Below are positions 18,456-28,470 of a stretch of 64,000 nucleotides of DNA, piece after piece. The translations under genes were made by a program, and so were the position numbers. How positions within the stretch are numbered: position 1 is the first letter of the stretch; each line of letters starts with the position of its first letter. The stretch covers positions 46,242-110,241 of the forward strand of contig JBDLIX010000002.1 in the NCBI GenBank assembly GCA_039714655.1, written 5' to 3'. The notes under the pieces are model-generated. The model ran no database searches and was not told the DNA's origin. It worked only from the letters and a program-made list of their open reading frames with translations. The stretch comes from Bacteroidota bacterium. GTDB taxonomy: Bacteria > Bacteroidota > Bacteroidia > Bacteroidales > GCA-2748055.

Positions 18456-20846
18456 TTACAATGTAAACCTGGCAGTAAGAATAAAGTTTCTGCCAGGGGC
18501 ACTCACGCCAGAAGCATACGGTTTATAGAACTGATCAAAAAGGTTCTCAATGGCCAGCATAAAATTAAGGTGGCTGCCTGCCTGAAATCCCGCTTTAATG
18601 TTGGCAGTCCACCAGGAGGGGAATCCAAATACCATGGCTTCTTCAGCGTTATCCTCCCCATAAGGCGAAAAATCTTCAACACTCTTCCAGCCATGATACA
18701 CAATGTATGTATCCACAAAGAACCGGCTCTTTCTGTAGGTGAAAGAGGTCCGGCCAAAAATGGGAGGAATATGTCCCATGGGTACATCATCAGTAAGGTT
18801 GTGTCCCCTGGTATAATTGAGGGTTCCTTTGAGAATGATGTTTTTATTCAGGTTGGAGGTAAAACTCATAGATGCACCATAAATATAGGCCTGACCGGCG
18901 TTGTAATTGGTGGTAATGCGGTAGGGATCTCCATCATAATAGAGAGAATCCTCTCCATTGAGCTGAAAATCTGTTCTAACGATGGCATCTTTCAGGTAAG
19001 AATAGTATCCTACGAATTCTATCTTCATGTAGCCCTCTACGATCCTGCTGATCCCTATTTCTGCATTATACGAGTATTCTGGAGTAAGATTCTCGTTGGG
19101 AACGGTAACGTAGTTGTCTTTTGCCCTGACTTTCCCGTAATCATCCACATTGGGATTCCTGAATCCGGTTGAAAGGATGGTATTCAATTGCCAGCGATCC
19201 GATGGAGCATAAACCATACCCACGCTTCCGGTAACTGCTCCATGGGTGATGTGAATGCGGTCATAGGGCAAAATGGGATTATTAAACAGCGAGGAAAGTT
19301 CACCCCAGTTGTACCTCGAACCCCCATTGAGTACCAATTGTTTATTCAGAATCCATTTGTAACTGGCATATGCAGAGGCACTCCATGTCTGGCTACCCCC
19401 CTCAGGATAACGAGTCAGGGCTGGTCGTTGTTCCCCTGTTTGAATCTCCTCATACCAGGCCTTTGAAGCTACCCTGTTGTGGTTGAATTCAACACCATAG
19501 TTCAACTTATGGTTGGCATTCCATATTTTAAGCAGATCCATATTAACGCTGAATAGATCCACATCCTCTTGCTGGGTGAGGAGCTCCGGGTTTCTGAATT
19601 TTCTTGAGTTCCGGTCCTCGTCTATTCTCTGGAAAGCTGCAATGGTGGTCATGTTGGTGAAGAACCGGTTATCTTTTTTCAATACATTTTTCAAGGAAAT
19701 AAGCCACCTGTTCTGTGGACCATAGTAGTAGGAGGCATATTTCAGATTCTCTCCGGAATAGTCATTCAGTTTGTCCAGACGATCAATGTCAGAAGAGGTG
19801 GAATATTGCATATTCAGGATCCAATCCACATATTTCGAAGGGGTATAGCGGATTTTCTGAAGGATATCCAGTTGTCGATAGCCGCTGTTTTTCTGAATGA
19901 GCGCGTTTTCATTGGCCATGGTCGAGTCTGCTCCATTCACCTGATCCACATAATGCATTATTTTACCCCAGTCATTCAGGTATGGACTTCTCCTGGCACC
20001 GATTTTAATATCATCAAAGTCCTTATAAGTAATGCTGGTCAGGGTCCCGAATTTTCTCTTCCCCACTGAAAAATCGAGATGCCCGGTCTTGCCTTGCATG
20101 GCAGAGGCATACTGCGTATAGGCCTGGACATCAAGAAGAGTCTGGGAATCTTCGGTCAGCACAGGATCCCTGGTATAATAATGGATGACCCCGCCCAGGG
20201 CGTCACTTCCGTAAATGATGGAAGTGGGGCCAAAGATTACTTCTGTTCTTTCAAGTATGGAGTGGTCGATGGTGATGGAATTCTGAAGGTGACCGTTGCG
20301 GTAAATGGCATTGTTTAATCTTACCCCATCTACCACCAGCAGGATTTTATTGGCTTCGAATCCCCTTAGAATGGGGCTTCCTCCTCCTCCCTGAGTTTTT
20401 TGGACCACAATATTACCCGCACCCTCAAGTATTTCAGCAGCAGTCATACCCGTTGTTTCTCTGAGTACATTTTGCTCAAATACCTCGACCATGTATGGAA
20501 TGATAAGTTTACTCTCTCTTGATTTGGAGGCAGAAATGACATATTCATCAATCAGGATACGTTTTCTGTCAAGCACAATAAAGGTTTGTCCGGAGATAGC
20601 TTTTCTACTGTATTGTACTGTTATATAGGAGGGGTGTTGAAAGATAATGGTATCTGATTCAGGGAAAATAGAGAGATCAATATGTCCAAGCGAGTCTGTA
20701 ATTGCAGCGTTTTCCCTGGAGTTGTTAAATACAGCCACATGTCCTATGGGTGAACGGTCTGAGGAGCTAATTACCTGGATGTACTGGCCGTTCGCCTGAA
20801 CCATTAAAAATAATGTACTAATTATGAATATGGTACGATAAAACAT
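18456..20846 (-). CDS. TonB-dependent outer-membrane receptor
   Basis: Signal peptide [21 protein letters not shown]. It has a carboxypeptidase-regulatory-like N-domain, a plug (..[31 protein letters not shown]..) and a barrel ending ..FILTARFTL. The ATG at 20846 is preferred; the 45 extra codons in the ORF track are not signal-like. Confidence 0.9.
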   Translation of the reverse strand: MFYRTIFIISTLFLMVQANGQYIQVISSSDRSPIGHVAVFNNSRENAAITDSLGHIDLSIFPESDTIIFQHPSYITVQYSRKAISGQTFIVLDRKRILIDEYVISASKSRESKLIIPYMVEVFEQNVLRETTGMTAAEILEGAGNIVVQKTQGGGGSPILRGFEANKILLVVDGVRLNNAIYRNGHLQNSITIDHSILERTEVIFGPTSIIYGSDALGGVIHYYTRDPVLTEDSQTLLDVQAYTQYASAMQGKTGHLDFSVGKRKFGTLTSITYKDFDDIKIGARRSPYLNDWGKIMHYVDQVNGADSTMANENALIQKNSGYRQLDILQKIRYTPSKYVDWILNMQYSTSSDIDRLDKLNDYSGENLKYASYYYGPQNRWLISLKNVLKKDNRFFTNMTTIAAFQRIDEDRNSRKFRNPELLTQQEDVDLFSVNMDLLKIWNANHKLNYGVEFNHNRVASKAWYEEIQTGEQRPALTRYPEGGSQTWSASAYASYKWILNKQLVLNGGSRYNWGELSSLFNNPILPYDRIHITHGAVTGSVGMVYAPSDRWQLNTILSTGFRNPNVDDYGKVRAKDNYVTVPNENLTPEYSYNAEIGISRIVEGYMKIEFVGYYSYLKDAIVRTDFQLNGEDSLYYDGDPYRITTNYNAGQAYIYGASMSFTSNLNKNIILKGTLNYTRGHNLTDDVPMGHIPPIFGRTSFTYRKSRFFVDTYIVYHGWKSVEDFSPYGEDNAEEAMVFGFPSWWTANIKAGFQAGSHLNFMLAIENLFDQFYKPYASGVSAPGRNFILTARFTL

Positions 20847-20967
20847 GAGATTAAAAGCAGGCAAAATATAACAAAAATTGTACCAAGAACACTCCGCTCC
20901 TTGAAACCCTTCCGGAGGATGACCTGGAGTGTTGGTAATTTTCCTGTCAACCTGCTTTTGAAATTCA

Positions 20968-20975
20968 TATTTTTG
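20968..20975 (+). promoter_or_regulatory. Bacteroidota -7 promoter box TATTTTTG upstream of the 919-aa gene
   Basis: Exact TAnnTTTG, 17 nt before the ATG at 20993. Confidence 0.35.
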
Positions 20976-20992
20976 GTTCAAACAGACCTGTT

Positions 20993-23752
20993 ATGTTAAA
21001 AAGGTATATATACGGAGGTCTATTTGCTGTTGTGTGTGTGGGACTGCTTGCTGTGATCTTGTTAAAGCGATTTGATAAAATCACGCCAATTGAGGTCCTG
21101 CAGGCAGTTCCAGAAGATGCCATTCTGTTTATTGAAGAGATAGATTATGATTACCTGACGAAAACATTTCTGTCAGATAGTAGGATTTGGATCGATTTTG
21201 TGAACACCACGAACCAGACTGACCTTGATTCCCTGGTGAATATTGTGATATCTCAGGTTAACTCAAGCGAACCTCTTCAGGATCTATTGTTAAAAGATGG
21301 ATTGAATCTCTCCTTACACATGGTTGGAAAAGATCAACTTAATCCACTGTTTTATATCAGCTATTCCGGATCTCACAGCGATCATGATTTTGAACAAATT
21401 ATGCTTGCCCTTCTGGAGGAAGAGACCATGGTCAATGAGAGGAAGTATGAAGCAACGATGTTGTATGATGTCTCAGGAAAACCGGGATTTGTGCCGGGGA
21501 AATTATCATTTGCCTGTTTAAACGGGATCTGCCTGATTAGTCCCTCTTCTTTGTTGGTGGAAGAATCGGTCAGGACCATTCATTCGGTGGCAGATCTTTC
21601 CGTCGATGAGGGACTGCAATTGGTCAGGGAAACTGCCGGAAGGTATGTACATGCCAATATCTACATCAATTATAAAGAGCTGCAGCATCTGTTCTATCCA
21701 TTCATCGGGCAACCCAGTTGGGACAAACTTAAGGTGTTTGCCAGACTTGCCTCATGGGGTGAACTGGACCTTGATATAAAGGAAGATGCCATTGTTCTTA
21801 ACGGTATGTCCCATGCAGATCCAGAGGCACCCCTCCTGTTTGGTGCATTTGCAAACCAGTCACCGGTCAAAATGGAAGTGCATAAAATGATGCCTTCAGG
21901 GACTACCTATTTCCTTCACCTGGGCATCAGCGATCAGTCAAAGTTCACAGATCAGATCACAACTTATTTCAGTGGCCTGGGGATATTGTCAGAAATTGAA
22001 TCGGAACGGGAACGGATAGAGAAACTTTATGGGATTGATCCTCTGACGGACCTGGAGAGCATACTGGATAATGAGATGGCCTGGTTTGCCATTGATGGAG
22101 AGACAGAGAAACCGGAGGATGAGATTTTAGTCATTGAAACCAAAAGCAAAAGTGAAACTGCAGAGGTGGTGATGCAGTGGATTAAACAGTACCTCCAGGT
22201 TCACTCATTTGACATGCGCTCCCTGCGATCTGTGTATCAACTGGATAACCAAACCAGCTTCAACATCTATCATCTTCCTGATGTGTTTTTCAAGGGCTTG
22301 CTTCCGGGTCGATTGTTTAACAATTATTTTACACTATTTGAGAACTATCTGATTTTTGGACCCTCGGTGGAAGTGCTGTCAAGGGTGATCTATCAGAACG
22401 TACTTCATAAAACATTTGTAAGTGATCCTGTTTTCAAGGAGATGTCGGATTACCTATCCAATCGCAGCAACATTACATTTTTTCTCAGGCCTTACCAATA
22501 CCTTGATTATAAGCGTGCCTTATTGAATGAAGAGGTGGATCAGCAACTGGATGCTATGGAACTTTTCCTGCGCCGTATACCGGGTATTGTCATTCAGTAT
22601 AGTACGGAAGGCCGGTTATTTTACCAGAGCGTAAGTTGCAAATACACCTCCCAGATAAAGGAGAAGGCGATGACCGTTTGGGAAAGTTTGCTGGACTCAT
22701 CCGCTGTGATCAAACCAGTTCTGGTGGTGAATCACAATACCTCGGAGAAGGAAATTTTTGTACAGGATGCAGCCCACAGGGTTTACCTGATCAACAGTAC
22801 TGGCAGAATTCTCTGGAAACAACATCTTGAGGGATCGATCATGGGTGGCTTGCAACAGGTGGATTTCTATAAAAACGGAAAACTCCAATACTTGTTTAAT
22901 ACCCCGGAGAAGATACATTTGATTGACAGAAACGGGAATTATGTGGAGCGTTACCCCATTTCATTAAGATCAAATGCAACCAATCCCATTGCACTGTTTG
23001 ACTATGATAAGAACAAGGATTACCGGATATTTGTAGCTGGAGTGGACCTGAGGGTATATGTGTATGATATTGAGGGTAATATGGTGACTGGTTGGAAATT
23101 TGGAAAAACCGAATCTGAGGTTTCTGGAATGATCCAGCATTTCAGGATCAACGATAAAGATTATATTACTCTTTCTGATGATAATCGTACCTATTTCCTG
23201 GATCGAAGAGGAAAGGAACGTATCAAAATGAAGGACCGGGTGGTCATTTCACCACAAAATCCCCTTACACTGGATATGAATATCAGGGAAGAGAAGCCCA
23301 GATGGATCTCCACAGATACTTCCGGAAATGTAACCGCCATATACCTGAATGGCTCTGTCTCTACTTTGTTGAATCAAAAATTCTCCAGGGATCATTTTTT
23401 CCGAATGCAGGATATGGATAAGGATGGAATTCAGGAATTTATTTTTGCCGAAGGAAATGAATTATATGTAATGCACCAGGATGGGAAAAGGCTTTTCAGT
23501 TATAGGGTACGCGAAAAGATTAATGAAATGCCGGATATCTATAAGTTTTCTGCTTCGGATATCAAGATCGGGATCACTGACCAGCCACGGAACAGGATCT
23601 ACCTGATCAATTCCGATGGCTCCCTGTATGAGGGATTTCCACTGGAGGGATCAACCCGCTTTAGCATTGGCTATTTTGCCGGATCTGACAGCAGGTTTAA
23701 CTTGATTGTGGGTAGCGCAAACAACTTTTTATACAATTATTCAATTAAATAG
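20993..23752 (+). CDS. Uncharacterised N-terminally membrane-anchored protein with a C-terminal beta-propeller-like repeat region
   Basis: 919 aa with a single N-terminal TM segment (GGLFAVVCVGLLAVILL). The C-terminal ~350 aa contain repeated strand-rich blades (..RVYLINSTGRILW.., ..IHLIDRNGNYV.., ..RVYVYDIEGNMV.., ..DMDKDGIQEFIF.., ..RIYLINSDGSLY..). No catalytic motif was recognised. Confidence 0.75.
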   Translation: MLKRYIYGGLFAVVCVGLLAVILLKRFDKITPIEVLQAVPEDAILFIEEIDYDYLTKTFLSDSRIWIDFVNTTNQTDLDSLVNIVISQVNSSEPLQDLLLKDGLNLSLHMVGKDQLNPLFYISYSGSHSDHDFEQIMLALLEEETMVNERKYEATMLYDVSGKPGFVPGKLSFACLNGICLISPSSLLVEESVRTIHSVADLSVDEGLQLVRETAGRYVHANIYINYKELQHLFYPFIGQPSWDKLKVFARLASWGELDLDIKEDAIVLNGMSHADPEAPLLFGAFANQSPVKMEVHKMMPSGTTYFLHLGISDQSKFTDQITTYFSGLGILSEIESERERIEKLYGIDPLTDLESILDNEMAWFAIDGETEKPEDEILVIETKSKSETAEVVMQWIKQYLQVHSFDMRSLRSVYQLDNQTSFNIYHLPDVFFKGLLPGRLFNNYFTLFENYLIFGPSVEVLSRVIYQNVLHKTFVSDPVFKEMSDYLSNRSNITFFLRPYQYLDYKRALLNEEVDQQLDAMELFLRRIPGIVIQYSTEGRLFYQSVSCKYTSQIKEKAMTVWESLLDSSAVIKPVLVVNHNTSEKEIFVQDAAHRVYLINSTGRILWKQHLEGSIMGGLQQVDFYKNGKLQYLFNTPEKIHLIDRNGNYVERYPISLRSNATNPIALFDYDKNKDYRIFVAGVDLRVYVYDIEGNMVTGWKFGKTESEVSGMIQHFRINDKDYITLSDDNRTYFLDRRGKERIKMKDRVVISPQNPLTLDMNIREEKPRWISTDTSGNVTAIYLNGSVSTLLNQKFSRDHFFRMQDMDKDGIQEFIFAEGNELYVMHQDGKRLFSYRVREKINEMPDIYKFSASDIKIGITDQPRNRIYLINSDGSLYEGFPLEGSTRFSIGYFAGSDSRFNLIVGSANNFLYNYSIK

Positions 23753-23755
23753 GCC

Positions 23756-25396
23756 ATGAAACGACATCTCTTTTACGGTATCATCTTCCTGTTGGCTAGC
23801 GGGCTGATGTTGACCACCTGTCACAAAGAGTATTTTGAACTGAACCGGTTATCCACCGAGATCGAAATTCAACCTCAGCTGGTCGCTCCTCTCCTCTATG
23901 GTTCCATGACGGTGATGGACATTGTTGAACGAGTTGATTCGGCAGGATATGTGAATGAATTTGAAGATGGCCTGCTCTACCTGGTATATTCAGATACTGT
24001 GGTGAACGTAAAAGCCGATACCGTGTTTGAAGTTCCCGATAAGTTTTACAAAGAACTTTATATAGATCCTGAAATTGATGATCCCATATTTATAGGTAGC
24101 GACATTGGAGATACTACACATTTTCTCAAAACAGAAGTGGAAGTATTTGAGCTTGAGGGCGACGACCGGTTAGATAGTGTGGTAATCAAAGGTGGAGATA
24201 TTAAGATCAATGTGAGCAGTTCATTCAAGCATACAGGATTATTGACCATCAGTAGCAACCAGATCAAGGACAGGGATCGCGTGCCATTTTCCACCACCTT
24301 CGTGATCAGTGATCCTACCGGGGGTTTTATAGATTCGATCACGCTTGATTCGGATAACTATTATGTAGAGCCTTTCGTGGTCAATGACAGCAATATGATC
24401 AACATTGACTATGACCTGGCTCTGATCAATTCCGGAAACCCTGTCAGTCCAGGTGAATTGTGTGAAATTAATACCAGCTTCTTGAATCTTAATTTCTATG
24501 GTGCTTATGGTTATATCGATTCAAGGGACCTGATCGATGAGAGTGGATCGGTGGATATCCCATTGTGGGCTGAGAATCCTGATTTGGCGACTCTGATTTT
24601 TGCCGATCCCCGGATTCATATTTTTACCTCAAGTTCTGTGGGAATTCCCTTTGAAATTGATTTTGATAGTGTTATCGCCACAGCAGAGGATGGCACACAG
24701 GAGATCCTGGATATATATGATGGGAACACACTTAATATTTTTGCACCGGGACTTGACAGGATAGGAGATACGGTCAATACAAATATCCGGATTAACAATA
24801 CCACCAGTAACATCAGTGATTTTCTGGCCATAGCTCCTGCCAGCATCTCTTACAGTGTGAAGGGGAGGACAAAACCAGGAACCGGGGCAGAGGAGCATTT
24901 CGTCCTTGATGAGAGCAAATTTGCACTTGCACTGGAGTTTTTATTGCCGCTTGACTTCAAATCTTCAGGTTTTGCCCTTAAGGATACCATTGATTTTGAA
25001 GTCGGAGCAGATGGAGTCGACACAACCCTATTAAAGGAGGCCCAGGTTTCCGTGACCACCCTCAATGAATTGCCCATTGAGCTTGAGCTCCAGGTATACA
25101 TGCTTGATGCAAACCATTCAGTGATCGACTCGGTCTTTGATGGTGATGCCATCATCCTGGGTGCATCCCTGGTGGATGATCAGGGGATCCTGACACAGGC
25201 AGTAGAGGAGACCAGTGTTGTAACATTCCCGATTGAAAAACTGGCCACGCTGCAGGAGGTTTTTTATATGCAGGTTGAAGCCCGGTTGATTACCTCGGAA
25301 ATGGGAGATCAGTTTGTGAAAATTTATTCAGACTATTCGCTCGATTTCAAGCTTTCAATGGTTGCCAATTTCAGAATCAATACAAGAGACTTATGA
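23756..25396 (+). CDS. Uncharacterised lipoprotein
   Basis: 546 aa with the signal/lipobox LMLTTC. It is acidic and beta-rich. The start is 3 nt after the upstream stop. Confidence 0.7.
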   Translation: MKRHLFYGIIFLLASGLMLTTCHKEYFELNRLSTEIEIQPQLVAPLLYGSMTVMDIVERVDSAGYVNEFEDGLLYLVYSDTVVNVKADTVFEVPDKFYKELYIDPEIDDPIFIGSDIGDTTHFLKTEVEVFELEGDDRLDSVVIKGGDIKINVSSSFKHTGLLTISSNQIKDRDRVPFSTTFVISDPTGGFIDSITLDSDNYYVEPFVVNDSNMINIDYDLALINSGNPVSPGELCEINTSFLNLNFYGAYGYIDSRDLIDESGSVDIPLWAENPDLATLIFADPRIHIFTSSSVGIPFEIDFDSVIATAEDGTQEILDIYDGNTLNIFAPGLDRIGDTVNTNIRINNTTSNISDFLAIAPASISYSVKGRTKPGTGAEEHFVLDESKFALALEFLLPLDFKSSGFALKDTIDFEVGADGVDTTLLKEAQVSVTTLNELPIELELQVYMLDANHSVIDSVFDGDAIILGASLVDDQGILTQAVEETSVVTFPIEKLATLQEVFYMQVEARLITSEMGDQFVKIYSDYSLDFKLSMVANFRINTRDL

Positions 25397-26844
25397 ACGC
25401 ATTCAGTAAAATTATTAGCCTGGGAGTTATAGCTTGCTTGTGCATTCCTGGAGAGGCCCAGATCAACAATTCGGTCTATTTTATGCCTGGAGTTCCACAG
25501 GCAAACCGGGTCAACCCAGCCCATCAACCCAATTGTGGTTCTTACATTGGATTTCCCATGCTGGCTCCCATGCGGCTGGAACTTTCTTCCAGCTCATTGT
25601 CATACCAGGATGTCATCTATCCGCATCCTTTTCAAGATTCCCTGATAACCTTTCTGCATTCGGCTGCTGATAAAGAGGCGTTCCTAAATAAGCTTGAACC
25701 TGAGAACTTCATTGTTACGGATCTGAGATCATCTCTGATATCACTTGGACTTCAAACGGAAATAGGATTCTTAACATTTGATTTGACAAGCAGGGTAGAT
25801 GGAGCAGTTTATTATCCAGGTGACCTGGCTAAACTGTTATTAAAAGGAAGTATTGAGGGAGAAACCTACAGCCTTGACGGAATCGGAACAAACCTCTCGG
25901 CATTCGATGAGTTATCACTTGGATGGTCCTATCCATTTCTTGATAATCTGCAGGTGGGAGTCCGTGCAAAAATGTTATTTGGAATTGGGGATTTGTCCAC
26001 CAGGCGATCAGAACTATCGATAACCACTTCCGAGGAGGCTTGGAATATACAGTCAGATCTGATGGTCAGTGCTTCTCTTCCATTTGCAGAAGTGGTCTAT
26101 AATGAAGAGGGTATGATAGAGGATATTGTGATTGATGAAGAGATTGAATCTTTAAGGCCCACTTCGCTTCCAAGGTATATTTTCAATTACAGAAATCCTG
26201 GATTTGCGGTCGATTTGGGAGTTAATTACCGTCCCATTGATCAGCTTTTGCTGAGTGCCAGTGCAGTGGACATTGGGTTTATCTCCTGGAAAGATGAAGT
26301 ACATGATGCAACCCATGCGATGGAATATGAGTATTTAGGATTTGAACTCAATCCTCTTGAATTAAATGAAGATTACTCTTTGGGGGATTATATTGACAGC
26401 TCCTTTTCGCAGTTGGGTGACAGTCTGTTGAGTTTTTTGGAATTTACACCGGGAAGAGCTTACAGCAAGCGTTTGAATACAAAACTCTACGTTGGGGCAT
26501 CCTATTTTGTCACACCAAACATCAATTTTGGTCTTCTTTCCCGGACAGATTTTCTACAAGGTTTAATATCACAGCAATTTACAGCTTCAGCCAATTTTAC
26601 AACCGGTCGCTGGATTAATCTTACGCTGAGCTATACCTATAAAAACTCATACATGAAGAACCTGGGAGCAGGTATCTCGTTCAATGCGGGCCCTTTGAAT
26701 CTTTATCTGATATCAGATAACACCTTGAATGCACTATTCTGGCCCCAGGAAGCAAGGTCGGTGAACCTCTGGTTCGGCATGAATGTGGTATTTGGTTACA
26801 AACAATGTGTGAAGGTCGATGGGGACAGGCCCCTTGTATATTGA
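25393..26844 (+). CDS. Uncharacterised outer-membrane beta-barrel protein, PorP/SprF-like (possibly DUF5723 family)
   Basis: 483 aa. After the signal peptide it reads INNSVYFMPGVPQANRVNPAHQP, which resembles the PorP/SprF N-terminal motif. Alternating-hydrophobic strands run to ..NLWFGMNVVFGY. It overlaps the upstream gene by ATGA. Confidence 0.7.
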   Translation: MNAFSKIISLGVIACLCIPGEAQINNSVYFMPGVPQANRVNPAHQPNCGSYIGFPMLAPMRLELSSSSLSYQDVIYPHPFQDSLITFLHSAADKEAFLNKLEPENFIVTDLRSSLISLGLQTEIGFLTFDLTSRVDGAVYYPGDLAKLLLKGSIEGETYSLDGIGTNLSAFDELSLGWSYPFLDNLQVGVRAKMLFGIGDLSTRRSELSITTSEEAWNIQSDLMVSASLPFAEVVYNEEGMIEDIVIDEEIESLRPTSLPRYIFNYRNPGFAVDLGVNYRPIDQLLLSASAVDIGFISWKDEVHDATHAMEYEYLGFELNPLELNEDYSLGDYIDSSFSQLGDSLLSFLEFTPGRAYSKRLNTKLYVGASYFVTPNINFGLLSRTDFLQGLISQQFTASANFTTGRWINLTLSYTYKNSYMKNLGAGISFNAGPLNLYLISDNTLNALFWPQEARSVNLWFGMNVVFGYKQCVKVDGDRPLVY

Positions 26845-26856
26845 GAGGCCGTTCAA

Positions 26857-27609
26857 TCAATCCTGGCGTTTGATCTGCTTGGCCAGATTGGTGGCAAAAA
26901 CAAATTTATTCAGGGCTTCATTGTCTGTATGAAGTACCTCCGTTCGTGTACCCTCCCAGCACTTACATCCCTGATAAATAAATACCACATTGTCGCCAAT
27001 CTCCAGGACCGAATTCATGTCATGTGAGTTTACGATGGTGGTCATGTTGAACTCTTCAGTGAGCTCTCTGATCAGGTTATCGATCACAATTCCGGTTTCA
27101 GGATCAAGTCCGGAATTGGGTTCGTCGCAAAGCAGGTAACGGGGGTTGAGTGCAATTGCCCTGGCAATGGCCACACGTTTTTTCATCCCTCCGCTCAATT
27201 CTGAAGGATAGAGCCCATTGGAGCCTGTAACCCTGACCCGCTCCAGGCAGAAATTGATCCGGTCAAGTTTCTCTTCCTTTGATTGGGATGTTAACATATC
27301 AAGTGGAAACATCACATTCTCCTCCACAGTCAGGGAATCGAACAGTGCAGCTCCCTGAAAGAGCATACCCATATTCTTCCTGATCTCCTGACGTGCACTA
27401 ATTACCAGCTGATTGAATTTCTGAGTGTCATACCAGATTTCACCTTCATCAACCTCAATAAGTCCTGCAATGGATTTGAGCAATACCGTTTTCCCCGAAC
27501 CGCTGCGGCCGATGATCAGGTTGCATTTTCCCTGCTCAAACTTTACACTCACATCATTGAGTACAAACTCTCCATCATAGCTTTTATACAGGTTCTTTAC
27601 TTCGATCAT
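26857..27609 (-). CDS. ABC transporter ATP-binding protein (MlaF-like)
   Basis: Walker A GRSGSGKT, signature LSGGMKKR, Walker B LLCDEP. It overlaps the permease gene by 4 nt. Confidence 0.92.
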   Translation of the reverse strand: MIEVKNLYKSYDGEFVLNDVSVKFEQGKCNLIIGRSGSGKTVLLKSIAGLIEVDEGEIWYDTQKFNQLVISARQEIRKNMGMLFQGAALFDSLTVEENVMFPLDMLTSQSKEEKLDRINFCLERVRVTGSNGLYPSELSGGMKKRVAIARAIALNPRYLLCDEPNSGLDPETGIVIDNLIRELTEEFNMTTIVNSHDMNSVLEIGDNVVFIYQGCKCWEGTRTEVLHTDNEALNKFVFATNLAKQIKRQD

Positions 27610-28346
27610 TGCAGGATGGTTCTGGTGAGAATGAGGTTGGCAAGCAGGATTAGCACACTGCTCTGAACCACTGCTCTTGTACTTGCTCTTCCCACTTCAA
27701 CAGCCCCTCCTTTGACGTGGTATCCGAAATAGGAGGAGACAGAGGTGATGATAACAGCATAGAAGGCAGTTTTTGTCAGGGCATAGCTCACGTAGTAGGG
27801 ATAAAAAGCATATTGAATGCCGTATATATATTCTGTGGGTGGCACCACGTCGGCCAGGAGACAGGAAAGGTATCCGCCTGTCAATCCCACAATAATACTC
27901 AGCAGACACAGGATGGGAAAGAAGAAAACTGCAGCAATGATCCTTGGAAGGATCAGGTAGGATGCTGAATTGATTCCCATGACTTCAAGGGCGTCGATTT
28001 GTTCAGTGATCCGCATCATTCCCAGCTCCGATGCAATGCTGGATCCCACCTTTCCGGCCAGGATAAGGGCCACCATGGTGGATGAGAATTCCAACAACAA
28101 CGAATCCCGCACTGTAACGCCTATAAGGTAACTGGGAAGTAATGGATTTTCAATATTATAATTGGTCTGTATGGTAATCACTGCTCCCACAAAAAGGGAG
28201 ATGATCACAACAATGGGGAAAGAGTTAATCCCTACTTTTTCGATCTCACGCATGGTTTGCCGATAGAGGACAGAAAACTTTTCAGGTCTGCTGAATGTCC
28301 TAATCATAAGAAGAAAATAGGTTCCTATTTGTGCAAGCAAGCGCAT
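27606..28346 (-). CDS. MlaE-family ABC transporter permease
   Basis: About 246 aa from the ATG at 28346 (MRLLAQIGTYFLL..). It contains the typical MlaE segment GSSIASELGMMRITEQIDALEVMGI. No MCE/MlaD gene is adjacent. Confidence 0.87.
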   Translation of the reverse strand: MRLLAQIGTYFLLMIRTFSRPEKFSVLYRQTMREIEKVGINSFPIVVIISLFVGAVITIQTNYNIENPLLPSYLIGVTVRDSLLLEFSSTMVALILAGKVGSSIASELGMMRITEQIDALEVMGINSASYLILPRIIAAVFFFPILCLLSIIVGLTGGYLSCLLADVVPPTEYIYGIQYAFYPYYVSYALTKTAFYAVIITSVSSYFGYHVKGGAVEVGRASTRAVVQSSVLILLANLILTRTILQ

Positions 28347-28470
28347 GTTTATATTTCTAACAGATGAATATATCAAATATTAAATAAAACATCCATTATG
28401 GAATGGGTGTTAATTAAAAACCAACTATATTTATTGTAAATAGATGAAAAATTACGAATAAATTCCCTTT

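Noticed and set aside
18405-20318. Plus-strand ORFs antisense to the TonB-dependent receptor (18405-19172, 255 aa, and several of 60-90 aa)
   Set aside because: These are shadow ORFs of a gene with clear plug, barrel and C-terminal Phe signatures. No motif or start context supports them.
20847-20992. Known riboswitch class (cobalamin, TPP, Moco) upstream of the TonB-dependent receptor
   Set aside because: I could not find the B12 box (GCCACUG-like), the TPP CUGAGA/ACCUGA elements or the Moco core. Only a generic hairpin is present, and it is kept as a low-interest finding.
26857-28346. MlaEF-like pair without an adjacent MlaD/MCE gene as a sign of a novel transporter
   Set aside because: The substrate-binding MCE component may be encoded elsewhere. 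Absence from a 64-kb window is not evidence of absence from the genome.
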